Shown piece after piece: positions 36,901 through 49,279 of a stretch of 64,000 nt of DNA. The DNA is from Tubiluchus corallicola (lineage: Eukaryota; Animalia; Priapulida). Position 1 is the first letter of the stretch; every line of letters starts with the position of its first letter. The notes under the pieces are model-generated. The model saw only the letters and a program-made list of their open reading frames with translations, searched no databases and had not been told where the DNA came from. Position numbers and translations under genes: made by a program. The stretch lies in the NCBI GenBank assembly GCA_030141605.1, contig JAQGDQ010000024.1:248001-312000 (forward strand). Direction: 5' to 3'.

Positions 36901-38658
36901 AGAGCTAGGCATCTCACCAACAAAGGCAGCTTTGTTATTATCAGTGATAGGTGTTGCAAATACTGTCAGCCGTGTGTTGGCTGGGTGGATATCTGATCAT
37001 CCAAAAGTTAATGCATTACATATCAACAATGTCTGTCTACTGGTTAGTGGCATCAGCACAATGTTGGTTCCTATTTGCTCCAGTTTCGTCTCTCTCGTCA
37101 TCTACTGTGCAGTCTTTGGTGTCACTATAGGTTAGTATATTTAATTATTGAATCTTTCATTGTTGCTATGTCTTATTGATATAAATCTACATCTGTGTAT
37201 CTGTGCACCTGTACAAGTCGACGTATGATTTAGTTTTTGTTCCTGTAGATGGTAAGCCTGCATCCTGGTGAATATACATTTTTAAAATTGTATTCAGTGC
37301 TTCATAGATTTATGACTTGTGTTTTATTACAAAAGCCTGGATGACTTTAACTGGCTGCTGCAATGTAATGAAGTTCACTGGAAATTGAAAAACTTTGGCT
37401 TATCCTCTTCTTAGCCATTCTTATTATTCTTTAGCCAGGTGTTAAAGTTTAGTTTAATAAATGTATGTCACTCTATCATCATCAAGTACTTTATTCATAG
37501 TGCACTGGTAACCTCTTTGACACACTTTGATTATTTAAATAAATGCAGTTTTGCCAGTACTTTAATACATGTGATTACATATATGTCTTATTGTTTCAGC
37601 TGCATATATCTGTCTAACATCAGTCATTTTGGTAGATCTGCTGGGACTGAGCAAGCTAACTAATGCATTTGGTCTACTCATGTTATTTCGTGGTATCTCA
37701 TGCATGGTTGGCCCGCCGTTAGCTGGTAAGCTCTCAACTAGTAATAAATTAATTAAAAATAAGAAAATATTACTTGGAAGCCTTTATGACAACCATATAG
37801 GTCAAAGACCTCAAAAATAGTAACTGTATGGCATTTTCATACATTCAACACTGGCACCCTGGTTTCTCCTATCAAACAAACACTTATAGAGTGTTTGTTG
37901 CGCTATTAGCTACTAAAATCATGTTAGTCATTTCAAATTATTTATATGCCTTGACAAAGAATGGTCAAAGTCATTTCATATAATGTTTTCCTGACTAACA
38001 TTCCCGGCTATATGTGTAATGTGCATATTCAGTAACAGTAAGAGGATATTCAGTGGTTGAATCAGTTACTACTGGGCAGTAAATTAGTGCTTTTTACAAT
38101 TTATTTATAATCACACTGTGCGGGTGGTATTATGGATGGTATAATTGCATGGTGCAGAGGTGACATTCAGAGCACAAATCAAACTGGCTTTTCCGAGTTA
38201 CTTTTTAGGTGTAACATATTGTAAGGAAACACACTAGTTTTTATGCAGGTCCATTTGACTTAAGAGAAGTTTTCCTGGAATAAATTAATATCACAACATA
38301 TCTGTGGTTTTTGGGATCAGTAAGCGAGAGAGTAATCAGTAATTTTTTTTATTGTAAACTGATTTCTTATTCTTGTTATCATGTATAAAAAAGTGAGAGT
38401 TTTATCATTTGCGTTGTCTACATTTCAGGTGTTGTCTATGATGCTGCAGAGGACTATTCTGTGTCATTTGTTTTGGCAGGAGTCTTTCTGTCGCTAGCAG
38501 GTGCTATTAGTGGATGTATTCCTCTTGTTATCATGGGCAGGCAGAAGAAAACTCCAGCTGCGTGCTACGAGGACCAGGAGCAGCCCTACCAAAATACAGT
38601 AATTCGAGAGGAACCGGAACCAAGTGATATGAACCATCATGTTGAGTCTGTAGTTTAA
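33961..38658 (+). CDS. Monocarboxylate transporter family (SLC16/MCT, MFS) protein, 795 aa from ATG 33961; exons 33961-34249, 35038-35181, 35532-37130, 37600-37725, 38429-38658
   Basis: MCT signatures [76 protein letters not shown]. All introns GT-AG and phase 1; exon lengths 289+144+1599+126+230 = 2388 nt. Acceptor upstream of the ATG at 33945. Confidence 0.95.
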
Positions 38659-40794
38659 ATGCCCAGAAAAGGCACTTGGCATGAACGTGATGAATAATAT
38701 GTGATAATACTGAGAATTAGTTTGAGTTTCGAGAAATTTGTAGAGACATGATCTGCATTTTGTTGACATTATTCCTGTATGTGTACATACGAGGATATTT
38801 ACTCTCAGGTGTTTTAAGATGTTAGTTTTTGCTCACTCGTACAAACATAGCTACACTATCGCTTCATAAATTACCAGTTAGTTTTGTTTATTCATTATTT
38901 AAACAACATTGCCACTTCTGCATGCTGCTGTGTATGTGTATATATTTATTCTCTAAATTGCTGTCTAAGCTTATGAAATTCACTGCAAATTTAACTACGA
39001 GAAAATCTGTAATGATGTGCATAGCTGGGGAGCAAAATCACCCAGTAAATTTGTTTCAGCGAATTTACTGTCAGTTTTGGTGTGACTGATTGACGAGTAC
39101 AATAAAGTGTATATCATCTATAGGTTCTTTAAGTAAGCATTAAACTTACACAGCATTAAACAGTGATGAGACTGTGATTAACTGAAAAGGAAAATTGTAA
39201 TGATATACCAGAAAACACAGTACTTGGATGGACAATAACAGAAATTACTAATTATTATTTTTGGCTCTGTAGTCAATTACTATAATTTTTATTACCTAAT
39301 ATTATTGTTTAGTGACGTAAACAAAGAGTGTTAAATTATGCATATAGATGTGACAAATTTGCCTTTCACAGCAGTTTCGTTTATGACAAACACATCGCAC
39401 ATCAATGTTCTTGTGTCTTGTTTCCCAAACTTTTTCTGTATTTCTACAGTATTAAAATCCATATTTTTGATAGCAAAAATTAACCACTTGGTAACTGATT
39501 ACTGGGCAAATTATTCACTTTGTGCGTTTTATACAATCAACTGCAAATTGTTAATCCATTTGCTTTTTGCTAAATTAAAGAATGCCAAAATATGTTCTAT
39601 AAGGCAACTCTAAGGTAACCTTTGACAATGATGGTCCAACATTTGATGATCAGTTCGCATAGCTTCGCAAATTTTAGTCTGACTTTTTTTAAAATCTTCA
39701 AAAAAAATGCATAAACACTTTGAGTGCATAGTGTACAATGTATAGCGTTTTGCTTTTCTAAATAGTGACTCGTTTCCTTTCACTCTGTGCTTATCTAAAA
39801 TATAAGTTTTATTTTGTGACTGTAGGTGGCTCTAGTGTGCAGGAAACAATCTTAAATTTTATTGATGATAATGAAGTGGTAACATTAAATCTGTGGACTG
39901 TCACTCATATTTGCTATAGAAGACCTACTATAAGTGTGTTGTATAATATTATAGATATTATATTGTACAGTACGTAAAAGTAATAAATATATAAATTATG
40001 AGTTATATTAATAAAATCTACTTTAAATATTTGTTATCAAAAAAACAAAAGCTTTAATTACACTTAGCGCCAAAAAGTATTCAATAAAAATTATAACACT
40101 GGGTTAATACAATTTACAAACAGTGAATAAATAGCGAACAAACAGTGAAAACTATATACTCTGTTACAAAATAACAACAAGATTTAGGATTATGGCATCG
40201 GCACAAACAACATGGACAGTACCAGGAATTTTTTTCACGACTTTTTAAACGTTGATATGCCACAGAATATTATATTGGTGGGTAAACAGGATTTTATCTA
40301 TTATGCAACAAAGATCAAGATTGTAAGCAACGACATAAAACCGAGTGGTAACTAATTACTGTAATTGATTATCGTATATACACAGCTGTACTTTAGAAAT
40401 GACGAAGTGTTTTATTTCGCGGATTACTGCACTCTGGAAGGAATCCATTAGATTCCGTGTACTGCATTAGAACTAACTTAAGGCCCCTTTTGATTAGCGA
40501 TTTTCTCGCTGTGATTATCGCCCCATTTTTGATGTTCAGTGAAAATGAATGTCGCTCTTTATATCGCTCGAGTGTTTCCACTATAAGCGACTATGGCGTA
40601 GCGAGGGAAAACTCAAAGATGCAAGAGCTTTTTCTCGCTGCAGCGAGACGAATCGCTATTGGCGTTTTTGTCATTTTCACCAGCGATATCTCTTCTAGCT
40701 GCGATTAATGTTTTCACGGGTCGTTTTTGTAGCGATATTGCTTTCAGACAGCAATTAAACCTACGTGATAGGCAACATTTCTTAGCGATTATTA

Positions 40795-41220
40795 ACATAA
40801 TGAAAATGATAGTGATAATCAGGATGACAAATATAATGGCGATGATGATGACGATGACGACAACGATAATGATGACATTCATGACGTTGGCGACAATGAC
40901 TAGTATAATAATGGAGGCTATGGAAATGATTATCAGTATTAAAAATGATGATATACTAACAACGTAATTCATAATGATGATGGTGATGATGACAATGTTG
41001 ATGATGGTGATAATGGTGATGATGATGATGATGATGATGATAATGATGATGATGATGATGATGATGATAACGACAACAATAATGATGGTGTCAATTACAT
41101 ATTTCTATATAATGATAATGATATTGCCATAATAATGATGGTGACAAAGCTGACGATAATGGCAACGTTGGTGACCACAATGAAAATGGCATTTTCTTGG
41201 CAATGATGGTGATGATCACT
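40795..41220. repeat. Degenerate (GAT)n trinucleotide tract
   Basis: Pure GAT runs near 41015-41068 inside a wider degenerate tract; source of the poly-I/M ORFs. Confidence 0.88.
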
Positions 41221-41620
41221 GTAAATATGACAATCAGTCTTTGGAGGTGCTGAAAGAATGACAAAATCACATTTAAATTTGAACACAATGCAACGACATA
41301 AGGCAACGGTGATTTACAGCAAGACAAGCTTTTTGAAAAGGCTTCTGAATAGCATTCGTCAAAACGAGGTTGCAAATAAGATGTAATTAACGAAAAACAT
41401 TCAAATGAAAACAAAACAACTTAGTTTCGCTGATAAGATAATAAAACAATAGTTATAACACACTGATTAGCATGACCCGATGTTAAATTATGAAAACATT
41501 TGCGCTCAACAAGATGGTAGTGGTATTTTGTCACAGTAATAATTTCTCTTAATAATGGAGGTAAATCTAGACGTATATCACTTAAACAATTGAGAGTTGA
41601 TTGCAGCTACACAATTAATC

Positions 41621-44600
41621 TTAGATTTCACTATGCCTTGTGTCTAAAGAAGTTTCTTGTACATACTTAGCATTTCGTCGTCTGCTTCGCAAACATAATA
41701 AGAGGCAAACAATCGCTGCAACCATTAATATGACTGCTAGAAGTATCATACCCCAAGCAAAGCCTGTTTTTGTAATGCACAGTTCATTTGGGGAGAATTT
41801 CCCTACGGTAAAATCTGAAACACAAAGAGCAGAATTATTAGGTAATTGGCAGGGTACATAAACAAAAAAGGCTCATAAAAAGATATCGCAGAAGCTAGAG
41901 GTGCTCCAGAAAACTGGCAGTTCACTTCTGGAAGTCCTTGTAAGTTTGTAGTTGTTAAAAGACTCAAAAAGACAATTTTTAATTTAAATTAATCATACTC
42001 TAATTTCAACAGCACGAGTGCATAGCTTTTGTGGCTTTCTATTTGACGCATTCTATTGCCATATTATGATGCACTGAAATTATTTAAATTTGTTAATGAG
42101 GACTTCTTAATTTACCTTCCAATAATGGCTGCTCTCCTGGTAATAAAACTGTCAATGAACGAAATAGATCAAATTTGTCTATTGTTGTGCTGTTACTTTC
42201 AACGCTTTGGTTCCTAGTCCTCCCATCTTCACTGTGGTTTACAGCTCTTTTGAATCTACTACTTCTAAATAAGTTGTCGTAGTCGTCAATGTTGTTACTT
42301 CTGTCAGGACAGTAACTATCCTGTAATAAACACCGTTTTATTTAGTCAACATCATTTTATTCAGTCAAGTGAATAGAACATTTACGTTCAACCAAACAGT
42401 AGACATGGAAATGTTGGATATTGTCATTTATGTCATTTAGATATAGAAATAGATATGTATATGTTGGATGTAGAAATTTAGAAATGCCATTTCTAATGTG
42501 CAGTATATAGAAAATAAGTTTGAAATAATGGTATCACGTAAACCCTTCCTTCTGTTATAGATGTGGGTCTTTCGGACGATTACACACATATACACGTTCC
42601 ATATTGTACCTAATAGGTACATTATTTATTTATTTTATTCTTTATTTTAACTTGTAGACGTTGAATGTCTTAAGCTATAAAAATACAGTTACATAATAAA
42701 ACTAATTATAAAGACATAAACTACTGTTTACAAAGGAGAAAGTATAGTTAAATATATTTACATAAATGACATATGTTAAGGCTACATTAAAATTTCATTC
42801 CAAAGGGCAAAATTTTTAAAACACATTATAAACACATCAGTATGGTAAATTACACATTTTAAAAAAATCATTAGAAGAGTTTAAAACACGGTATCTAAGA
42901 TTATATATACATCTTATATATCATAGTGCTATGCTAGCGATTTGTCAGCTTGGCTTCGGCTAATGAAACAAATCGCTATTGATTCAGGAAAAAATAAAAT
43001 TACGTTTTGGCGTTAACTCCTTAGTGGAGACAATATAGAAACCATGGTTCAACATCGTGTTCACAATTACCAAATTTGTAGACTACTAAAATGCTGGTTA
43101 GCGGTTACCAAATGTTAACTGTATGAAGTCCCTAAATACTCAGTTGGTTTGGTTTCAGGATCCTTACAGCTGTCTACATTGCCAATTAAACGAGAGCTGA
43201 ATTATCATGTGCCCAATGGCAGTTTCCACTGCTAGTTTACTAGGGCATAGTTTTTAAAACTGGAAGTCTCCGTTACAGCTAGTGTTTCAGATTAGCAAAT
43301 TTTTAGTTATAAAATGTAAAGGTCAGGACAGTTGTTTACCTCTGAACAGTAGCCGTAGCAAACCTCGACGCTACACTGAAAATAAACGTTGTACTTGTCT
43401 GGGAACTTGAACGCTCGGAATGTCGTATAAATCTGTTTATCATTGCCGTAGCCGTCCTGGCTTTCTCTCAGTTCTGATATGTGCTCTTTATTTGTTGAAC
43501 AACTACAGAAACAATATATAAACTTAGACGAAATTTTTGCTAACTTTAAAAATTAAATATCTTCAAGGTGTTAATCCTTTAATACGCACACATTCGTTTC
43601 TTTTTGCGGCATCATCTATACAGCTACTGTATAGGCCTATATATATATATGTGTGTGTGTGTAAGTGGCAATATACAGTCAACCTCAGATATAAGGGACA
43701 CCTCAGCCTCGGATATAAGGGATATAAAAAACCGTCCCTTATATCCGATGTCTCTTATAGCCGAAGTTGAGTCAGACTGAGGGTGTATCTTGACCTGTAC
43801 TTTTCTATACTTTATCCATATTTTTATAAATTATTGCTGCACATTCAGTGAAAACTGTATGTAGGAAGCTCCTTCAGTGTTGCGAGATGTATGTGACTGC
43901 AGAAACCGAGCTGTTCGAAGGCCGAGTTTGTGATAAAATGAGGTTAAAAATCGACCAATTTCGCTTTGATCGTAGGGTCCTTTATATGCGAGGTAATATA
44001 TCAGGGTTTCTCTTACGCGGGACCTGAAGATATCGTTCCTTATGATCGAAAGTCACTTATATCCGACTACCTTATATACGAAGATTTTTACATAGGAAAA
44101 ACGTTACGAAAAATCGGGACCAGTGTTGGTGGTCCCTTATAAGCGAGTGTCCCTTATAACCGAGTACCTTATACCGAGCGAGGCTGACTGTATATTATAT
44201 ATATGTATGTATCACTTAATGAGCGAACGAATTTGGTGTGTTAGTGTATGACTCAGTGCAAAAATGCGTTTTTTTTCAAGACCGTAATTTTCTACGTACA
44301 GCTATAATTTTGTATGTACGTAAAGCAAATATTCTACATGTAGATACTAAGAAATTATCTGAAATCTATCTTTTTTATGCATTTTTCTGGCTAGTCGTTT
44401 GAAACTGTGCTTACCCCTTATCATCAATAAGTAGCACCTTATAGTAGCCAGCCCCGTCGTGGGCGAAACAATTGCTAATGGCTATATCGTACTGTGCTGA
44501 AAAGAAAAAATAAACTTAATGCTCCATCCGCCAGCTAAATTACTGCTCCAGTCAGCAATAATCGCTTTTGCTTTTTGCACGTGACTTCGACACTCTCTGT

Positions 44601-47600
44601 TAGCCAGTTTAGTGTCAAAAAAGAAACGTATTGCAAAAAATATTGCTTTGAAAGAAAAATATTGTGATACTACGTCCGACCGGGAATATAGAAGACTATA
44701 GATTAGATTGAATTGGATTGGATTGGATTAGGTTAAGTTAGATTAGATTAGGTTAGGTTAAGTTAGGTTTGGTTAGGTTTGGTTACGTTAGATTCTATTA
44801 CACTAAATGAGATCAGATTAGATTAAAAATTTCTTAGCTCCTAAAAAGAAATTGCATGTTTGCAATACAGGAAAATCAAATGAACTGAAATACATACTTT
44901 ATGTACTAAACGTAAAATTGTGTGTGATACCTGCTTTTCCAATAAAATGTTCGAGATTACTTGATGTGTATAAGTAACTGTACCAGTATTCACAACTTTT
45001 GGTATTCTTACATACCTGTTTCCTTATAAAACACGACTAGAGAAGCGTACTCTCCCACCACTAGGCTTTTGCTCGGAGAAGCCGTGGGAGTGTGACCGTT
45101 GACGACTTTCAGATAAATGCTTGGCAATGTTGCGTCGCTCTCATCATATCTAAAACAAGGTAATACATCCAGTAAAAGCAATAATCAGGGCAACATGTAG
45201 CAGATGAATCTATCGATTATATCGAGAGAGAGAGAGAGAGAGAGAGGGGGGAGAGAGAGTAAGAGCAAAGAGAAAAAAGAAGTGAAGGGATTGATGACTA
45301 AATTACCCAAAATCCTGTCCGTAACTAGTTGAAGGAGTGAATGTTGATTCGTCTTTTATGGAGCAGTAAACAGCATAAGCACGATCTGTCTGTTCCAGTA
45401 CTCCATAGTAACCAGAATCCATGACCACTAAGGTGTTATGATAAATATACGTCGTATCACCGTCACCGTATCGACCGCCGTAACCGTTCTGTAATTTTGA
45501 AAAAAGAGAATCGTTACGGTTCTTCCGCCTGATTTTGAACAGCAAGAACACTACTGGAGATGGCGGCAACAGCGGAAAAGTAAAAATTAACGATTAAAAT
45601 TTATATAGTAATATTTATATCTATCAAAACTTAACATTTTCGATTTAAAAAGTTTCAGCAAACATCTTACATTGTCATAGTCCACGGTTTCCCGTGTGCC
45701 GCATCCATCTAAAGGCAACGCAAAGGTAAGATAGTAGGACCCGTCTCCATGCGTGGAACATTGGCTCACTCCATAGTAACCTTTAGCGAATATTCTTCCA
45801 TAGAATGGTTTATTGAAGGTCAAGTCAATGTGCAAAGTCTTATACGTGCTGTCACAGGTGGTGCTGATATCTACATAAAAAGTGAAATGCATTCTTTCAA
45901 CAACCGCAGCGAATGATGCGTTTCGCACTAATTATTTAAAGTCGCTAGAGAAAAGACTTGTACAAAATGTCTTTATTCTAATTTACACATTTTTCCCGAA
46001 CAAATAACATGATCTAAATCGTAACGTACCTGACACTTCGTTTGCTTCATTCGCATAGCTATTAGTACTTGTTTCCCCGTATCCATTACTTTCTTCAGTA
46101 TTATAATTGTTACTTTGCCCATAATTTCCAAATTGTCTTTGGTCATAATTATTGCTTGATGATCCATATCCTCTTTGCTTTTCATAACTTCTTCCGTAGC
46201 CATTTCCTTTATAATCATTTTCTCTGCTATATCCAACATTTCCATAGTCACTTTTATAGTCGTAATGGCCACCCCCATAATCGTGATGAGGAGTATCCCC
46301 ATAAGCATGATCATAAGAAGTGCCACCATAGTCATGACCATACTTTCTGTGGTGCTGTGATCCGTAATCACCTCCATAATGTGTGGGTTCATAATAGTCT
46401 ATGTAATCATGATGTCCAGAATCATAATTAACTACATGATACTCATGTCCTCCACCATAACTTTTGTGGCTGCTACCATGACTTCCGCTCCCAAGTCCAT
46501 TCTTATTACAATCATATCCGTAGCATGGAGAAGGAGTGTGGAACACGTAATGATCTGTGTAAGTAGATTCGTATAGGTCCTCGTACGGAAGAGTATGGCG
46601 CCTGAAGTAAACATAGGGCGGATGAGTTGTCGTAGTGTGCTTATGCAAGTATCCGTAGTAGTACGAAGGTTGGTGCCCGTATCCTCCGCCATGTCCTGAG
46701 GAGAGGTCATGACCGCCATATCCTCCACTGAAAAGGTCGTCATATCCTCCACTGAAAAGGTCGTCATATCCGTCAGAACCGTGTGCGCTCACAACAGCCT
46801 AGAAGAAGAAACGTTTTCATAGGTCGTCTAGACATTTACCAGTGACTCTGGTAAAATGGAGCTACAAGTGCCAAAGTACATGGAGCAGTGGTTGAACTGC
46901 ATTAAAGAAAAAATCAGATGTTGTGAATCACTTATAACTTTCTGTACAAACTTAAAGTGAAAAATTTCTCATATTGCAAACTAATCCACCTGTTAAAGTC
47001 CTCGTAAACGTATGTATTATGATCTCTTTAACATGTTTTCCACCTTATTGGTGACGACGGCAGTGATGGTAACAATGATGACAGTTATGGCAGTTGTCAA
47101 TATAGCAGTGGTTGGAAAGGCGGTGTTGCTACTGCAGTTGTTGATAGCGATGGTTGTGGTGTACTGAAGCCAAGTAGTTTTGGTGGTACCGGTGAAGTGA
47201 AGTTGTGAAGTCAATGTCACACTAATTTCTTTCATTGTTATTTATTATTGTCATTGTCGCCAGACCATCAATTGCACCGCCACAATTTTCGTTACTGCCA
47301 CCACCGCCACTGCCACTACGACCACAATCAATCTTGACAAAGGCAATGGCAGTAGTTATAAGCAATGGTACTCGGGCAGTGGCGATCATTTTGATGGTGG
47401 CAGTAGTGTTGATGATGGTGCCATAGTGGTGATCTTCTACTTGATTGATATGGTGATGGTGATAACGATGTCGGAAACAGTGCAGCTACTGCTGTTCCTG
47501 TTAGTGGTGATAGCAGCAGTATTGATGCATTGATGCTGCTGCTGGTAGGTGGTGGTGGTGGTGGTGGTGGTGGTGGTGTAGGTAGTGGTGTGGTGGTAGT

Positions 47601-48154
47601 GATAGTTGTGGAGGTGACGATAATGATGGTGGCGCCCTTGGTGGCACTATACCGCGAGTTGGTGGTGGCGTGGTGATTTTGGTGATATTGGCAGTGGTAG
47701 TGACAGTGACAGCGTCAGTAGTAGGGATGGGAGGAAAATAGCAGTAGGCGTGTTGAGTTACATCCGCTTTTCAGAGTTTCTGTCAGTTTGCAACATATTT
47801 TAGGCAGAAAAAACCTATGGTTGTTATGTACACTGTTAATAATAGAATACCACAATAAACAAAGAAAAATACTTAGTTTTAGTGCTCTACTAGTTAAAGT
47901 GAAACAAAGGAACATAAAGCACAAAAATCACTAATGCTGTTTTATTTTGCTTTTTTCTCACCTGATTGCTTAGTGTGAACTGAAACGTCGTGTCCTTTCA
48001 TTTCTTTATTATCAGATTTTTTCTAATTGTGTCAGTATTTGACATCAAATTAAATTTCCTTGTTACTAAGCACATTGTTGCTATACGAAGAAGTTCAAAA
48101 GATACGTACCATCGGTAAAAACAAACTCAGTAAAGCCAAAAATTGTTTTTCCAT
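41621..48154 (-). CDS. ZP-domain (cuticlin-like) type I membrane protein with Gly/Tyr/His-rich N-terminus, 657 aa; exons 48154-48110, 46798-46030, 45870-45671, 45488-45307, 45149-45016, 44496-44415, 43502-43340, 42320-42116, 41814-41621
   Basis: Signal peptide MEKQFLALLSLFLPMAVVSA; ZP-N (TC..LTFNKPFYGRIFAKG..QC..LDGCGT..YHNTLVV..DRAYAVYC); ZP-C (NCFAHDG..LIDDKGCS..FRAFKFPDKYNVYFQCSVEVCYGYC); furin site RFKR; TM FAWGMILLAVILMVAAIVCLLLCL then RSRRR; ends RHSEI*. All introns GT-AG with continuous phase (1974 nt). Confidence 0.93.
43676..44190. mobile_element. Tc1/mariner-pogo (Tigger-like) MITE, 515 bp, in an intron of the ZP gene
   Basis: Termini CAGTCAACCTC..GAGGCTGACTG (inverted, 1 mismatch), TA on both flanks, subterminal GATATAAGGGA/TCCCTTATA repeats; no transposase. 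Confidence 0.88.
44699..44825. repeat. Degenerate pentanucleotide microsatellite (GATTA/GATTG/GGTTA)n
   Basis: Directly visible 5-bp periodicity. Confidence 0.85.
47050..47715. repeat. Degenerate (GGT/GAT/GCA)n trinucleotide low-complexity tract
   Basis: Pure (GGT)n at ~47548-47577 within a long degenerate tract in the first coding intron of the ZP gene. Confidence 0.75.
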
Positions 48155-48941
48155 AATTGTCCGTATATCTAAAAATAACAAAACTGAAGGAGAACACAAG
48201 TGTTACCATAGGTGCAACTGTTAAACTTTAAAATGCGTGAAAATGCGAGATTTGACTTCTCTCAGGGGCGGTTAACAAAAAAGTGGAGCACATCAATTAT
48301 TGGGATTAACGACACTTTTTCTCTTTTGTATTGACAGGTTTAACTTTCTGTTTTCACATCAAATAAATTCACCGTTAATAGACGTAGTTACATGTAAGGT
48401 GTAATTTAATCAGGCGACCAGTCTTTCTAGTCTCAACAATTGTTCCGGAGGACAACCCCATGCTTATAATTAATATCGTGACCATGTTCATTAAGCCAGT
48501 AGGAAGCTTTAATCGAAGTTTATGTTGACATTACAAATTACAGAATGCCTTAGTTTTTAATTTTATGTGTTTATATAAAGTGCAGAGTCTACAGAGAGCG
48601 TTATCCAAACAAGATTTTCTGTCTGACCAGCATGGAGTTTATTTATACGACTTGGTACCAGTTACTTATTAGTTTTGTAGGTCGGCAAATCATATAAATA
48701 ATATTAGTCTTCATAATTTACTAATTAATGCTAATTATTAGGTATGATTTATAAACAGCGGATATATATGTGGGGTAGGAGCTCAGGGCTGAAGTTTACG
48801 CCCGAGTTTATCTAAAACACGCTTTTGTCTCTAATAAATTTTAGGTTTGTGTCAAATCCAAAGCCTTACCAGTTATCAGGACTACTTAGGCCTATTTGTG
48901 CAGAAAAGTGACCAATTCGCTGTCGAAAATAGTATGGGCGG

Positions 48942-48948
48942 CAACATC

Positions 48949-49018
<70 letters not shown>

Positions 49019-49037
49019 GCAACAACAGCAGCAGCAA
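48942..49037. repeat. (CAA)n microsatellite grading into CAG
   Basis: Directly visible. Confidence 0.97.
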
Positions 49038-49100
49038 TTTCAGCAGCAGGTCTTACGTTCCGTAAAAAGAAAGTTTAAGAAACTGCTGACGATAATGGCT

Positions 49101-49279
49101 GGTGGTCGCACACATGCTCCGGACTGGGTGGCGACAGTAGCCTAGAAGCTGCGATGCCATGGTGGTCGCAACATACTCCGGACTGGGTGGCGACAGTAGC
49201 CTGGAAGCTGCGATGCCATGGTGGTCGCAACATACTCCGGACTGGGTGGCGACAGTAGCCTGGATGCCTGCGATACCAT
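49101..49279. repeat. GC-rich 59-bp tandem repeat, 3 copies
   Basis: Unit ggtggtcgcaacatactccggactgggtggcgacagtagcctggaagctgcgatgccat; the first copy has a 1-nt insertion. Confidence 0.95.

Noticed and set aside
40480-40790. TCGCT/AGCGA-rich segment starting TAA-GGCCCC, resembling a PIF/Harbinger MITE end
   Set aside because: No matching second TIR or TSD found.
44699-44825. Arthropod-type (TTAGG)n telomeric repeat
   Set aside because: Mixed GATTA/GATTG/GGTTA/GGTTT units in an intron; better explained as a drifting pentamer microsatellite.
45973-46767. Alternative-frame and antisense ORFs over the Gly/Tyr/His exon (and similar ones over the LRR, SLC16 and MS4A exons)
   Set aside because: Shadows of real coding exons with biased codon content.
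49101-49279. CRISPR-like array
   Set aside because: Head-to-tail repeats with no unique spacers, no cas genes, eukaryotic context.
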